Shown here piece after piece: positions 16,505 through 24,163 of a stretch of 34,043 bases of DNA. Below the pieces are notes generated by a model. It worked only from the letters and a program-made list of their open reading frames with translations. It did not search any database and had not been told where the DNA came from. The position numbers and the translations under genes were made by a program. Within the stretch, counting starts at the first letter, position 1. Every line of letters begins with the position of its first letter. The stretch is from a virus: the UHGV virus genome UHGV-0081034. One strand, given 5' to 3'.

Positions 16505-17617
16505 TCACGCTTTCTTCGGTTCGTGTTGCATTTCGTGTTGCATGATTTGAGTGAAATGCTCGTTTATCTTGTCAGTAAACTTCTTTTCCTCGGACTCAAT
16601 GGTGCCACGGTACACCTTTTTGAGCACTTTGTCAGACTTCCACCCACCACGTTTCATGATGTACTGATCCGGAATATTAAGCGCATGCATGATGGATGCA
16701 GTGTAGTGACGGAGATCATGATATCGAAACTCTGGAACACCGGCAGAGCGTAGCACCTTCTTGAAGTTCTTGGACAAGTCTTCCGGGTGCATTTTAACAA
16801 GTGGACCACTTTCAATATCATCAAATTTTCTGATTACAAATTCTGGCATAATCACATGTCTGCAACTACTCTGTGTCTTAGGCCCTTTGGTCACGATTCC
16901 TTTTCTACCACGTACACGTGTCTCTCTGATCCGAATAGAGTTTCCGGTGATATCTTCCTTTGTCAGACCGAACACTTCTCCTCTTCGAAGACTTCCAAAC
17001 GCTGCAAGGAGTACGGCCTTTTCCATCTCAGTTCCTTCAATGTACTTGATCAGTTTCTCGATGTCCTCATCAGATGGAACATATCCGTCAAAATCTTTTG
17101 GAGCTGGTAACGTGACTCTAAATATTGTTCCAGGAGAATACATCCCTATGACAGCCGTAAATAGTCCATAAGCGTTCTTTACTGTCTTAGGTGATAACTT
17201 TATTGAGATTGCATTTACCCACGCTTGTACGTCCTCTTGAGACAGCTTACGTAGGCTTATGTTCTCGATTTGCTTTATCTGATTCCTTACGATTGTTTCA
17301 TATCCACGCAATGTGGTTTCAGACAGCACATTCTCTTTTAATTTAATGTAATTAGTGAACGCTTCTTTTACAGTCCAGTTCTCAGGACGTTTCTTCCGGT
17401 CCTTTTCTGCGAGAAACTGTGCAGCCTGTGCTTCAGCTGACTGTTTTCCTCGTTTACCTGGAAGATCACTGGTGAATGATTCATAGATTCTTTTCTGCTT
17501 CTGCTTTTTTGTTTTCGGATCAATGACTGGTTTTCCATCCTTATCCACCATATTTTCATAGTGTGAGAATACCAGACATCTCCATGATCCGGAAGGTAAC
17601 TTCTTAGCTGTTGCCAT
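16505..17617 (-). CDS. int: Tyrosine site-specific integrase
   Basis: 370 aa. C-terminal catalytic region with the HDLRHYTAS / R…H.LRH…Y arrangement. N-terminal arm-binding-type domain. Adjacent to attP. Confidence 0.9.
   Translation of the reverse strand: MATAKKLPSGSWRCLVFSHYENMVDKDGKPVIDPKTKKQKQKRIYESFTSDLPGKRGKQSAEAQAAQFLAEKDRKKRPENWTVKEAFTNYIKLKENVLSETTLRGYETIVRNQIKQIENISLRKLSQEDVQAWVNAISIKLSPKTVKNAYGLFTAVIGMYSPGTIFRVTLPAPKDFDGYVPSDEDIEKLIKYIEGTEMEKAVLLAAFGSLRRGEVFGLTKEDITGNSIRIRETRVRGRKGIVTKGPKTQSSCRHVIMPEFVIRKFDDIESGPLVKMHPEDLSKNFKKVLRSAGVPEFRYHDLRHYTASIMHALNIPDQYIMKRGGWKSDKVLKKVYRGTIESEEKKFTDKINEHFTQIMQHEMQHEPKKA
16520..16543. repeat. Tandem TTCGTGTTGCAT x2 inside the integrase 3' end (encoding MQHEMQHE); candidate P' arm-type sites
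   Basis: Exact copies of the 12-mer seen at 16292-16325. Symmetric placement around the tRNA-like core. Confidence 0.4.
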
Positions 17618-17815
17618 ACAATCATCTCCTTTTTATAAAAAATGGTATAAAAATAACAGCCTAGCAACAGAACAAGAGTTCTGATTGATTGACTGCTCCG
17701 AAGATGATACAATATTCATTGGATTTTGGAGTATCTCTTCGGAGTTACTAAAAGAAGCATATTGACGTATGTTTCTTCCAGTTGACCGTTCCTGTTGACG
17801 CAGGAGCGGTTATTT

Positions 17816-18361
17816 TTATTTCAGCAAATCTGCAATACAGATCTTAAGGTCATCATAGATTCCAACAGGAATCTCATCATCAAAAGAATATTGATTGAAG
17901 TCTTCTATATCACCAAAGAGGTAAGTCTGAACAGTCTCTTTCATTGGATTCACGATCCAGTATTCACGAACACCGGCTGTGCGGTATTTGAATAGCTTGG
18001 TAAGGTAATCCATACGCTGACTGCTTGGTGATACGATTTCGATAATGAAATCTGGGGCACCATTGCATCCATGGTCATTAATCCGGTTTGGATCACAGAT
18101 TACGGAGACATCTGGTTCTACATAGTTATGATCATCCTGATTCAGAAAAACAGCAAATGGAGCAGGCAGAACTTCGCAAGGACCTCCATGGGATTTAATA
18201 TAATCCCGGATTGTTGCGGAAAGTTCCATTACAAGTTTCTGATGAAGATAACTCGGTGGAGCCATGTCATAGATCTGACCGTCAATCAGTTCTGCACGCT
18301 GCCCATCAGGAAGAGCGTAGATGTCTTTGATTGTGTAGTTGTTTGATTTTGGTAATGGCAT
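17816..18361 (-). CDS. Uma2-family (DUF820) PD-(D/E)xK putative endonuclease
   Basis: ATG 18361 follows aagga. ~181 aa with the PDFIIEIVSPSS … GVREYWIVNP hallmark of Uma2 proteins. The track start at 18397 lacks an RBS. Confidence 0.65.
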   Translation of the reverse strand: MPLPKSNNYTIKDIYALPDGQRAELIDGQIYDMAPPSYLHQKLVMELSATIRDYIKSHGGPCEVLPAPFAVFLNQDDHNYVEPDVSVICDPNRINDHGCNGAPDFIIEIVSPSSQRMDYLTKLFKYRTAGVREYWIVNPMKETVQTYLFGDIEDFNQYSFDDEIPVGIYDDLKICIADLLK

Positions 18362-18409
18362 GTGTTCACATCCTTTTGTAATATTATAAAGAAACAATTC
18401 ATAAATAGC

Positions 18410-19282
18410 CTATCCAATTAAGTTGTTTTGTGATGCAGTATCAATTTCCATTGGCGGAATTTCAAGATTGGAAAAAAGCAATTCTTTTCCTTGGACATGT
18501 GTATTAACAGAATAATCCAAATAAATATTTTGGCGCTTGCTTTTTTGATAGAGCTTTCGAATTTCTGGATGATCATCGTAGCTCACCAACCAAGGATATG
18601 ATTTATTTTTAATAAATTTGGCTAATCTTATATGCATACTTTTATCATAAGAATAGCGATACAAAGTAGGCCCCTTTTCATAATAAGGAGGATCGACATA
18701 TACAAATGTGTTATAATTTCTTTTATATTTTGTTTTTTCGTTTAAAAAATCAAGAGCATCCATATTGTATATTTCAATTCTGTCGGAGAAACAAGATAAC
18801 TCACGGATACTTTTAATAATTTTTTCCTTGTTAAAGCGACAATCAATTTTGTATTGTGATTCCTGTTTCATTCCTCCGAGTGGATTCGCATTTAATATAC
18901 CAGAAAAACTTGTTCTATTTAGGTACAATCCGGCAAATCCTATTTCTAGCGGAGATTTATTTGTAAGGTATGAAGAATTTCGGTATTGCGAATAATGCAT
19001 CCAATTATCTAACGTAATGTCAACGTTTTCAATTAGAGTTATTAAATTGTTGGTATCATTCATTACTGATAACCAGAAATAATAAATTAAAGGATCTAAT
19101 TCGTTAATTATTGCTTTTGAAATCGTTTTTGATTCAAGTAATGCTAAGGAAACTGCTGCGCTACCAGCATAAGGCTCATATAAGGTGCAATTAGTAAGAT
19201 GTTCTGTTTCAAGTAGTTTTTTTATGTAGGGAACTAATTTTGATTTTGCACCTGGATAACGCAAAGGATTTTTAATTGGCAT
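18410..19282 (-). CDS. dam: DNA adenine (N6) methyltransferase, Dam / D12 class
   Basis: 290 aa. N-terminal LRYPGAKSKL and YEPYAGSAAV (AdoMet) motifs and a DPPY catalytic motif (YVDPPYY). Very AT-rich gene. Confidence 0.8.
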   Translation of the reverse strand: MPIKNPLRYPGAKSKLVPYIKKLLETEHLTNCTLYEPYAGSAAVSLALLESKTISKAIINELDPLIYYFWLSVMNDTNNLITLIENVDITLDNWMHYSQYRNSSYLTNKSPLEIGFAGLYLNRTSFSGILNANPLGGMKQESQYKIDCRFNKEKIIKSIRELSCFSDRIEIYNMDALDFLNEKTKYKRNYNTFVYVDPPYYEKGPTLYRYSYDKSMHIRLAKFIKNKSYPWLVSYDDHPEIRKLYQKSKRQNIYLDYSVNTHVQGKELLFSNLEIPPMEIDTASQNNLIG

Positions 19283-19334
19283 AAAATCACCTCCTAAATT
19301 TTATTATACATAAAAATAATATATTTGGCCAGAA

Positions 19335-20906
19335 TTATTCGAGTATATCCAAAATAGGAATATCATTTTGTAACGCTAATTGATTGAATATTTCAACATA
19401 ATTGTTCAAAAACAGTTGATATTCGGAAGGGCGAGTGAGTTTCCAATAATTATATAACTTGGAATTACCTCTTCCCCAGTATTTTTCTTGTTCTTTGAAC
19501 CATTTTTTGTATTGCTGAGGGTCGGCGTTACGATCAATTAGTGTAGGATAATTTGCAAAACATTTTTTCTTATCATATTCGCCTAACTCAGTATCCCAAA
19601 AAGAATCTGTTTCGTCCAAAGAATAAAGAAACCTGTAAAACATTTCTTCAGGACAAGTAGTGCCAGGAAGAAACATTACATATTTTCCACGATATTGTTT
19701 AATCTTTTTGCAAATTGATTGCTTATTTTTATCACCATCAAGAATCAAGATACTTTCACAAACGGGTTTTAGTTTTACTCGTAATAATTCAAGGTATGAT
19801 TCAGCACCAATAGAACATGGGCTAAAAACAATATTTTTTCTAAAACCACCATTAAGGAGTGACTTAACAAATGATTGCGCTACATCATCTTCGGTAAAAA
19901 TTGTAATTTTAGGTATGACATCTGGAGTACCTTTAACTGAACCAGATAATTCTAAAATTACATCGTCAATAGAAGTAGTAGGCTTATTTTTTACCAAATT
20001 TCCTTCTTTCTTTAAATATACAAGTTTAGTTTCTTTTGGATTGTATTTATCAAAAAAAGTAGCTTTTAACACAGAAGGAGAGTGTGTTGTAAAAATAAAT
20101 TGTATTTTATAATCACCGGCATATTTATAAAGACGCTTAATGAGCCTCATTTGTGACAAAGGATGAAAAGTTGATTCAATTTCATCAATCAGCAGAATTC
20201 CACCTTTATAATCATTTGGATATTTTTGCATTAGGCGTCTAAAGGATAATACAGAAATTAGAATTTTCCCTAAGTTGTCTTGACCAGCAGAAATAGATAG
20301 CGCATCTTGATCATTTGGGTGAATAGATGCAGTATATTTTATTCCAGAATGTATAGTATCAATTTCTATATTATCTGATAGATCTGACATAATGTCTTTA
20401 TACTCCAATGTTAAAAATTTCTTTTCTTCAGGAGTGAGCTGATTTAAGTATTCAAAAGAGTCTTCTTCGCCAATAGGAGAAACTCTTTTTAAGCTTAAAT
20501 AATAAACAGGAACTTGTGGGTATCCGGTTCCAGCACCTTTACCTTCAGTAGACCAAAAGCGAGGAATTGGATCTGATTTATCACGATATATACTATGTGC
20601 TTCAAAATAATCATTTTTGTATATATTAGGATATAAATTTAAACGCCATTTATGCGTTCCAGGAATATCTTTATCTGAAAGTTTAAATTTTTCTGCAAAT
20701 TGTGAACGATATTTGTAATTATCAATGGAACTTTCGCCATACATGGGATTATTTTTATTTATAGAAAAGGTTTGTCCTAAAATACCTAGAGTGGTAGTTT
20801 TCATAGTTCCATTATGACCAACTATTGCGGTTAGTTTTGTACCTAAATCAAAATCTACATTTTCAAGAGCTCTAAACTTATCTATGTGTACGCTTTTAAT
20901 TATCAT
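19335..20906 (-). CDS. OLD-family ATPase-nuclease (N-terminal ABC-type ATPase plus C-terminal Toprim-like domain); class 1 OLD or fused PARIS-like defence protein
   Basis: 523 aa. Walker A-like GHNGTMKTT, Walker B LLIDEIESTFHP, H-loop TTHSP. C-terminal IFTEDD … ILILDGDKN resembles Toprim E / DxD. Very AT-rich, with its own promoter region at 20907-21025. Confidence 0.6.
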   Translation of the reverse strand: MIIKSVHIDKFRALENVDFDLGTKLTAIVGHNGTMKTTTLGILGQTFSINKNNPMYGESSIDNYKYRSQFAEKFKLSDKDIPGTHKWRLNLYPNIYKNDYFEAHSIYRDKSDPIPRFWSTEGKGAGTGYPQVPVYYLSLKRVSPIGEEDSFEYLNQLTPEEKKFLTLEYKDIMSDLSDNIEIDTIHSGIKYTASIHPNDQDALSISAGQDNLGKILISVLSFRRLMQKYPNDYKGGILLIDEIESTFHPLSQMRLIKRLYKYAGDYKIQFIFTTHSPSVLKATFFDKYNPKETKLVYLKKEGNLVKNKPTTSIDDVILELSGSVKGTPDVIPKITIFTEDDVAQSFVKSLLNGGFRKNIVFSPCSIGAESYLELLRVKLKPVCESILILDGDKNKQSICKKIKQYRGKYVMFLPGTTCPEEMFYRFLYSLDETDSFWDTELGEYDKKKCFANYPTLIDRNADPQQYKKWFKEQEKYWGRGNSKLYNYWKLTRPSEYQLFLNNYVEIFNQLALQNDIPILDILE

Positions 20907-21025
20907 GTGACAACCTCTTATCTTATTATGTGTAATATATATATCCTAAGTAGATGAATTTTTATCATATAAATAGGATATATAATGTCTGTTATATGTG
21001 ATTTCTGCAATAAATTGTAGATGAT

Positions 21026-21472
21026 TTATTTATCAATATTTTTAAATTTCATTATCTTGTTATCATATCCAGCAATTCTTGCAATTTGTGATTTATTTAT
21101 ACCAGGATTCTCATAGATCAGTTCATCTGGTATCAGCAGTTCTGCCGCAAAAGTATTTGCTTCAATCTCCATCTTGGAAGTCAGCAGAAGAGTCTTATTT
21201 CTAATGAAATAACAATTTTCCTTCCGGTGCATAATTGAATGAGCCAGTTCGTGAGCCATGACAAGGGTTCTTTCATGTTCCTCTAAATCTTCATTAAGGA
21301 AGATGCACTTATGATTCTTGAGAAACATATAGCATCCAGCGTTTGATCCAAGCGGACCGGTCTGGACTTCTACATTCAGATATTCTGCAAGCCTAAAAGG
21401 GTTTCTGGTTTCATATTTTTTGACGTAATAAGCAACTAAACGCTTAACATCATGTGCTTTCAATTGCAACAC
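21026..21472 (-). CDS. immA: ImmA/IrrE-family metallopeptidase (anti-repressor protease)
   Basis: 148 aa with an HEXXH motif (AHELAHSIMH). Immediately downstream of, and stop-start adjacent to, an XRE repressor, as in ImmR/ImmA pairs. Confidence 0.8.
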   Translation of the reverse strand: MLQLKAHDVKRLVAYYVKKYETRNPFRLAEYLNVEVQTGPLGSNAGCYMFLKNHKCIFLNEDLEEHERTLVMAHELAHSIMHRKENCYFIRNKTLLLTSKMEIEANTFAAELLIPDELIYENPGINKSQIARIAGYDNKIMKFKNIDK

Positions 21473-21892
21473 CTACTTTTTATTCTTGTTAGGATTGTAT
21501 TTTTCCTTATTGATAGGTTTCAACCGGCGCATCATTAATTCAATTTGTCCCAGAAGCAGTTCTGTGTCTTCTTCCGGAATAGGTTCACCATCGTAGGAGA
21601 GCGGACCATCAGCACCATTCATTAATTTACCACGGAGATTCTCTAAATCCTTTGCAATGTCTCTTTCATCTTTTGGAGTGATTGCATAAGGATCCTCTTT
21701 CTTTTCTTCACCAGTGAAGTATTCGGTTGGAACTCCGAAGTAATCAGCTATTTTCTGCAATTTTTCCATCTTAGGAGTATATTTCCCTTGTTTCCAACTT
21801 GTGAGAGTAGCAGTTGTTACTCCTGTTTCTTTTGATACTCGATAAGCGGTTACATTATTTTTCTTTAGTAATTCTTCAAATTTTTCATACAT
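21473..21892 (-). CDS. immR: XRE-family HTH repressor (ImmR / CI-like)
   Basis: 139 aa. N-terminal HTH_XRE (…VSKETGVTTATLTSWKQGKYTPKMEKLQKIADYFGV…). Divergent from the Cro-like gene. Confidence 0.8.
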   Translation of the reverse strand: MYEKFEELLKKNNVTAYRVSKETGVTTATLTSWKQGKYTPKMEKLQKIADYFGVPTEYFTGEEKKEDPYAITPKDERDIAKDLENLRGKLMNGADGPLSYDGEPIPEEDTELLLGQIELMMRRLKPINKEKYNPNKNKK

Positions 21893-21913
21893 AGTTTTCC
21901 CTTTCTAAAATAA

Positions 21914-22056
21914 CTTAGAAATCTATGCTAATAAATATTGACAAGCTTAGAAAACTATGCTAATATACAAACATAGCTTAGATAACTAAGTTAAAACAAT
22001 ATAAGGTTTCTTAGATAACTTAGATGGTACTTAGATTATATAAGAAACCTTAGATA
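21914..22056. repeat. Operator array: at least six copies of CTTAGA(T/A)A, including the palindrome CTTAGATAACTAAG (21977-21990)
   Basis: Copies at 21914, 21946, 21977, 22010, 22019, 22030 and 22049. They overlap both predicted promoters. Confidence 0.45.
21938..21966 (+). promoter_or_regulatory. Rightward sigma-70-type promoter for the Cro-like gene: TTGACA-17-TAATAT
   Basis: -35 at 21938-21943, -10 at 21961-21966, 17-nt spacer. ~110-nt leader to GTG 22083. Confidence 0.55.
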
Positions 22057-22063
22057 GTGTCAA
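22035..22063 (-). promoter_or_regulatory. Leftward consensus promoter TTGACA-17-TATAAT (minus strand), facing the rightward promoter; candidate repressor promoter
   Basis: Minus-strand -35 at 22063-22058 and -10 at 22040-22035. Transcripts would converge with those from the rightward promoter over ~55 bp. Confidence 0.5.
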
Positions 22064-22082
22064 TATCTAAGGAGGTGTAATA

Positions 22083-22268
22083 GTGTACGAAAAATTCCAA
22101 TTATTATTGGACAAAACGAACAAAACGCCATACCAAGTATCAAAAGATACAGGGATTTCAACAGCAACGTTGTCTAACTGGAAGAATGGCGTATATGTTC
22201 CAAAGGCTGACAAATTGCTTACAATAGCGAAATACTTCGGTGTTCCTATTGAGTATTTCTTGGAGTAG
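22083..22268 (+). CDS. Cro-like XRE HTH protein, paralogous to the N-terminal domain of the repressor
   Basis: 61 aa. MYEKFQLLLDKTNKTPYQVSKDTGISTATLSNWKNGVYVPKADKLLTIAKYFGVPIEYF aligns with repressor residues 1-60 at >50% identity. GTG start after aggagg. Confidence 0.7.
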   Translation: MYEKFQLLLDKTNKTPYQVSKDTGISTATLSNWKNGVYVPKADKLLTIAKYFGVPIEYFLE

Positions 22269-22356
22269 AAGAGCGAGGCATTTCTATCAATAAGTTGGAG
22301 GAGGAAGCGGAATAGGATTAGAGGAAAACAAGTACAAACCGTAGGAGGTGAATAAA

Positions 22357-22524
22357 GTGGAGAAATACATCGAAGCATTAAAGGGAATTTCCTATTTTGA
22401 ATGGATTAAGTTACGAGAAGGTATGGACAATGAATTTAACCGGTTAATCGGTGAATCCAAGAGGAAACTCGAACTCACCGATGTGGAGCGTGTAGGAAAA
22501 ACTATCCGTTCACAATTTGGATAA
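22357..22524 (+). CDS. Small hypothetical protein (55 aa)
   Basis: GTG 22357 sits 7 nt after aggaggtg. Below the ORF-track cutoff. Weak call. Confidence 0.3.
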   Translation: MEKYIEALKGISYFEWIKLREGMDNEFNRLIGESKRKLELTDVERVGKTIRSQFG

Positions 22525-22747
22525 ACATAGGGTTGATTCTCCAATCATTCCCTTTGTAATAAACGTGAACATAATCAAGACCATAAAAGCTATGTTCAAG
22601 TTCTTTATCCTTATTGCATGGAGAATAGATGGGAGCCCCCTCTTCCCACCAGAGATACGGTGATTTTCCGTATTCGCTGATTTTGCTGTCTGGGTCATCG
22701 TTAAGACATACCCACTCACCAGCAAGGCAAGCGTAAACTTTATTCAT
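22502..22747 (-). CDS. Hypothetical protein (81 aa), antisense-oriented within the early region
   Basis: ATG 22747 preceded by aaagaaagggg. The longer track ORF from 22903 has a hydrophobic, RBS-less extension that overlaps the next gene. Confidence 0.35.
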   Translation of the reverse strand: MNKVYACLAGEWVCLNDDPDSKISEYGKSPYLWWEEGAPIYSPCNKDKELEHSFYGLDYVHVYYKGNDWRINPMFIQIVNG

Positions 22748-22844
22748 ATAGTAAACCCCTTTCTTTATACTCGGCATGGCAGTGCCTGTATTTAAAGTAT
22801 AGGAGAATAGGACAACTATTACAAGAGAAGAGAGGTGAGAAGAG

Positions 22845-23093
22845 ATGCCAAAATTAAAAATATCTGACAGGGAAAGGCAGAACAGAATACTTCTTGCAAT
22901 CATTGAGTCAGGAAAGACTATGACAGCTATTGATACTCAGAAACTTTCAAAACTGACCGGTATCCCGCCGAGCACTCTGTACCAAAGATTAAGTCAGCCG
23001 GATAATATCCGAATCAGTGAATTAAGAGAAATCCTAAGGGTACTCAAAATCACTGATGAGGAAAAGGCGAAGATTGGTAGGGAAGTGATATGA
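22845..23093 (+). CDS. Small HTH-like early protein
   Basis: 82 aa. RBS gagaggtga. Helix-turn-helix-like segment LSKLTGIPPSTLYQRL. Confidence 0.4.
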   Translation: MPKLKISDRERQNRILLAIIESGKTMTAIDTQKLSKLTGIPPSTLYQRLSQPDNIRISELREILRVLKITDEEKAKIGREVI

Positions 23094-23183
23094 GAGATTG
23101 TAGTTTCTGTAAAAAGAAAAACATATGCATGGAAAGAAGCAGATGCATTCCGTGTGCATCATTTAAGAAAGAAGGTGAGAAAA

Positions 23184-23366
23184 ATGAATCAGATCGACAT
23201 GATCGACATCCAAAGAAGAGCAATTCAGATAGTTGATATCAAGAGACAGCCAAGAAGAATTAAGAACAATTATAGAGAAGAAACAATATCAGCTGTCATG
23301 ACAGTAGTTGCGATGGGATTGGTAGTTGTCTTAGGAATCGCAACATGGATTGCCTTCGGATATTAA
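23184..23366 (+). CDS. Small membrane-anchored protein (C-terminal TM helix)
   Basis: ATG 23184 follows gaaggtga. ~60 aa. C-terminal AVMTVVAMGLVVVLGIATWIAFGY. Confidence 0.35.
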   Translation: MNQIDMIDIQRRAIQIVDIKRQPRRIKNNYREETISAVMTVVAMGLVVVLGIATWIAFGY

Positions 23367-23486
23367 AAAAGAGTGCCATAGCAAAGGCGGCAACCTTCAG
23401 GCACTCAGGTAAAAAACCAACTTAATAATACCAAATTGAAAGAGAGAACGCAATGAAAAAAGAAGAGAAAGGAGGTTACATAAATC

Positions 23487-24146
23487 ATGGAGCAACCATT
23501 CGAGATATTTGATTTTAAAGATGAAGCAGATTGGCTGAATGGAAGAATGAATGGTATCGGAGGAAGTGATGCAAGTGCTGTTGTTGGAGTGAACCCATAC
23601 AAGAGTAATATAGATCTGTTTGAAGAGAAGATTGGAAGAAGATTTCCGGAAGATATTTCCGGTAAGGCTTGTGTGATCTATGGAAAGTATGCAGAAGAAC
23701 CGATCAGAGAATTGTTTAAACTGGACTATCCGGAATATAAAGTAGAGCATCATGAGTTCAGAATCTTGCGAAGTATTGAGCATCCATTTATGCATGCTTC
23801 ACTTGATGGAGAGTTAACAGATCAGGATGGAAGAAAAGGAGTCTTGGAAATTAAAACAACTAACATTTTGCAGAGTATGCAGAAAGAGAAGTGGAGAGAT
23901 CGTGTTCCGGATAATTATTACATACAGGTTTTACATTATCTACTTGTCACAGGATATGAGTTCGTTGAATTGTGTGTCCATCTGAGAACAGAATGGGGCG
24001 GAGAGAAGCGAACGACAGTGAAACATTATCACATAGAAAGAGCAGAGGTTCAGGATGATCTGGACATGCTGCTAAGAGAAGAACAGAAATTCTGGAATTA
24101 TGTAGAGAGTGGCAGGAAGCCACCGCTCATACTTCCAGAGATATAA
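23487..24146 (+). CDS. YqaJ-type viral recombination exonuclease (lambda Exo-like PD-(D/E)xK)
   Basis: 219 aa. GIGGSDASAVVG motif near the N-terminus and an ELK/D..E core typical of YqaJ. Positioned upstream of RecT. Confidence 0.8.
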   Translation: MEQPFEIFDFKDEADWLNGRMNGIGGSDASAVVGVNPYKSNIDLFEEKIGRRFPEDISGKACVIYGKYAEEPIRELFKLDYPEYKVEHHEFRILRSIEHPFMHASLDGELTDQDGRKGVLEIKTTNILQSMQKEKWRDRVPDNYYIQVLHYLLVTGYEFVELCVHLRTEWGGEKRTTVKHYHIERAEVQDDLDMLLREEQKFWNYVESGRKPPLILPEI

Positions 24147-24163
24147 ATACAAGGAGGAACAAA

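Noticed and set aside
16451-16753. Plus-strand ORF 16451-16753 and the plus-strand ORFs 16761-17171 and 16787-17110
   Set aside because: They overlap the attP core and lie antisense to the well-supported integrase gene. The 16451 ORF begins inside the tRNA-derived fragment.
17786-17820. Hairpin as the terminator of the Uma2/Dam/OLD operon
   Set aside because: The T-run is on the plus strand only. On the minus strand the hairpin is followed by tcaactgg, with no U-tract, so it would terminate plus-strand rather than minus-strand transcription.
19660-20112. Plus-strand 150-aa ORF inside the OLD-family gene
   Set aside because: Antisense to a gene with clear Walker A, Walker B and H-loop motifs. 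No RBS.
22067-22378. Minus-strand 103-aa ORF overlapping the Cro-like gene
   Set aside because: Overlaps a strongly supported HTH gene and its RBS on the opposite strand. No independent signals.
23090-23236. Cys-rich 49-aa ORF (MRDCSFCKKKNICMERSRCIPCASF…)
   Set aside because: It overlaps the RBS and 5' end of the better-supported 23184 ORF in another frame, and no RBS was evident. It is kept as a possibility only.
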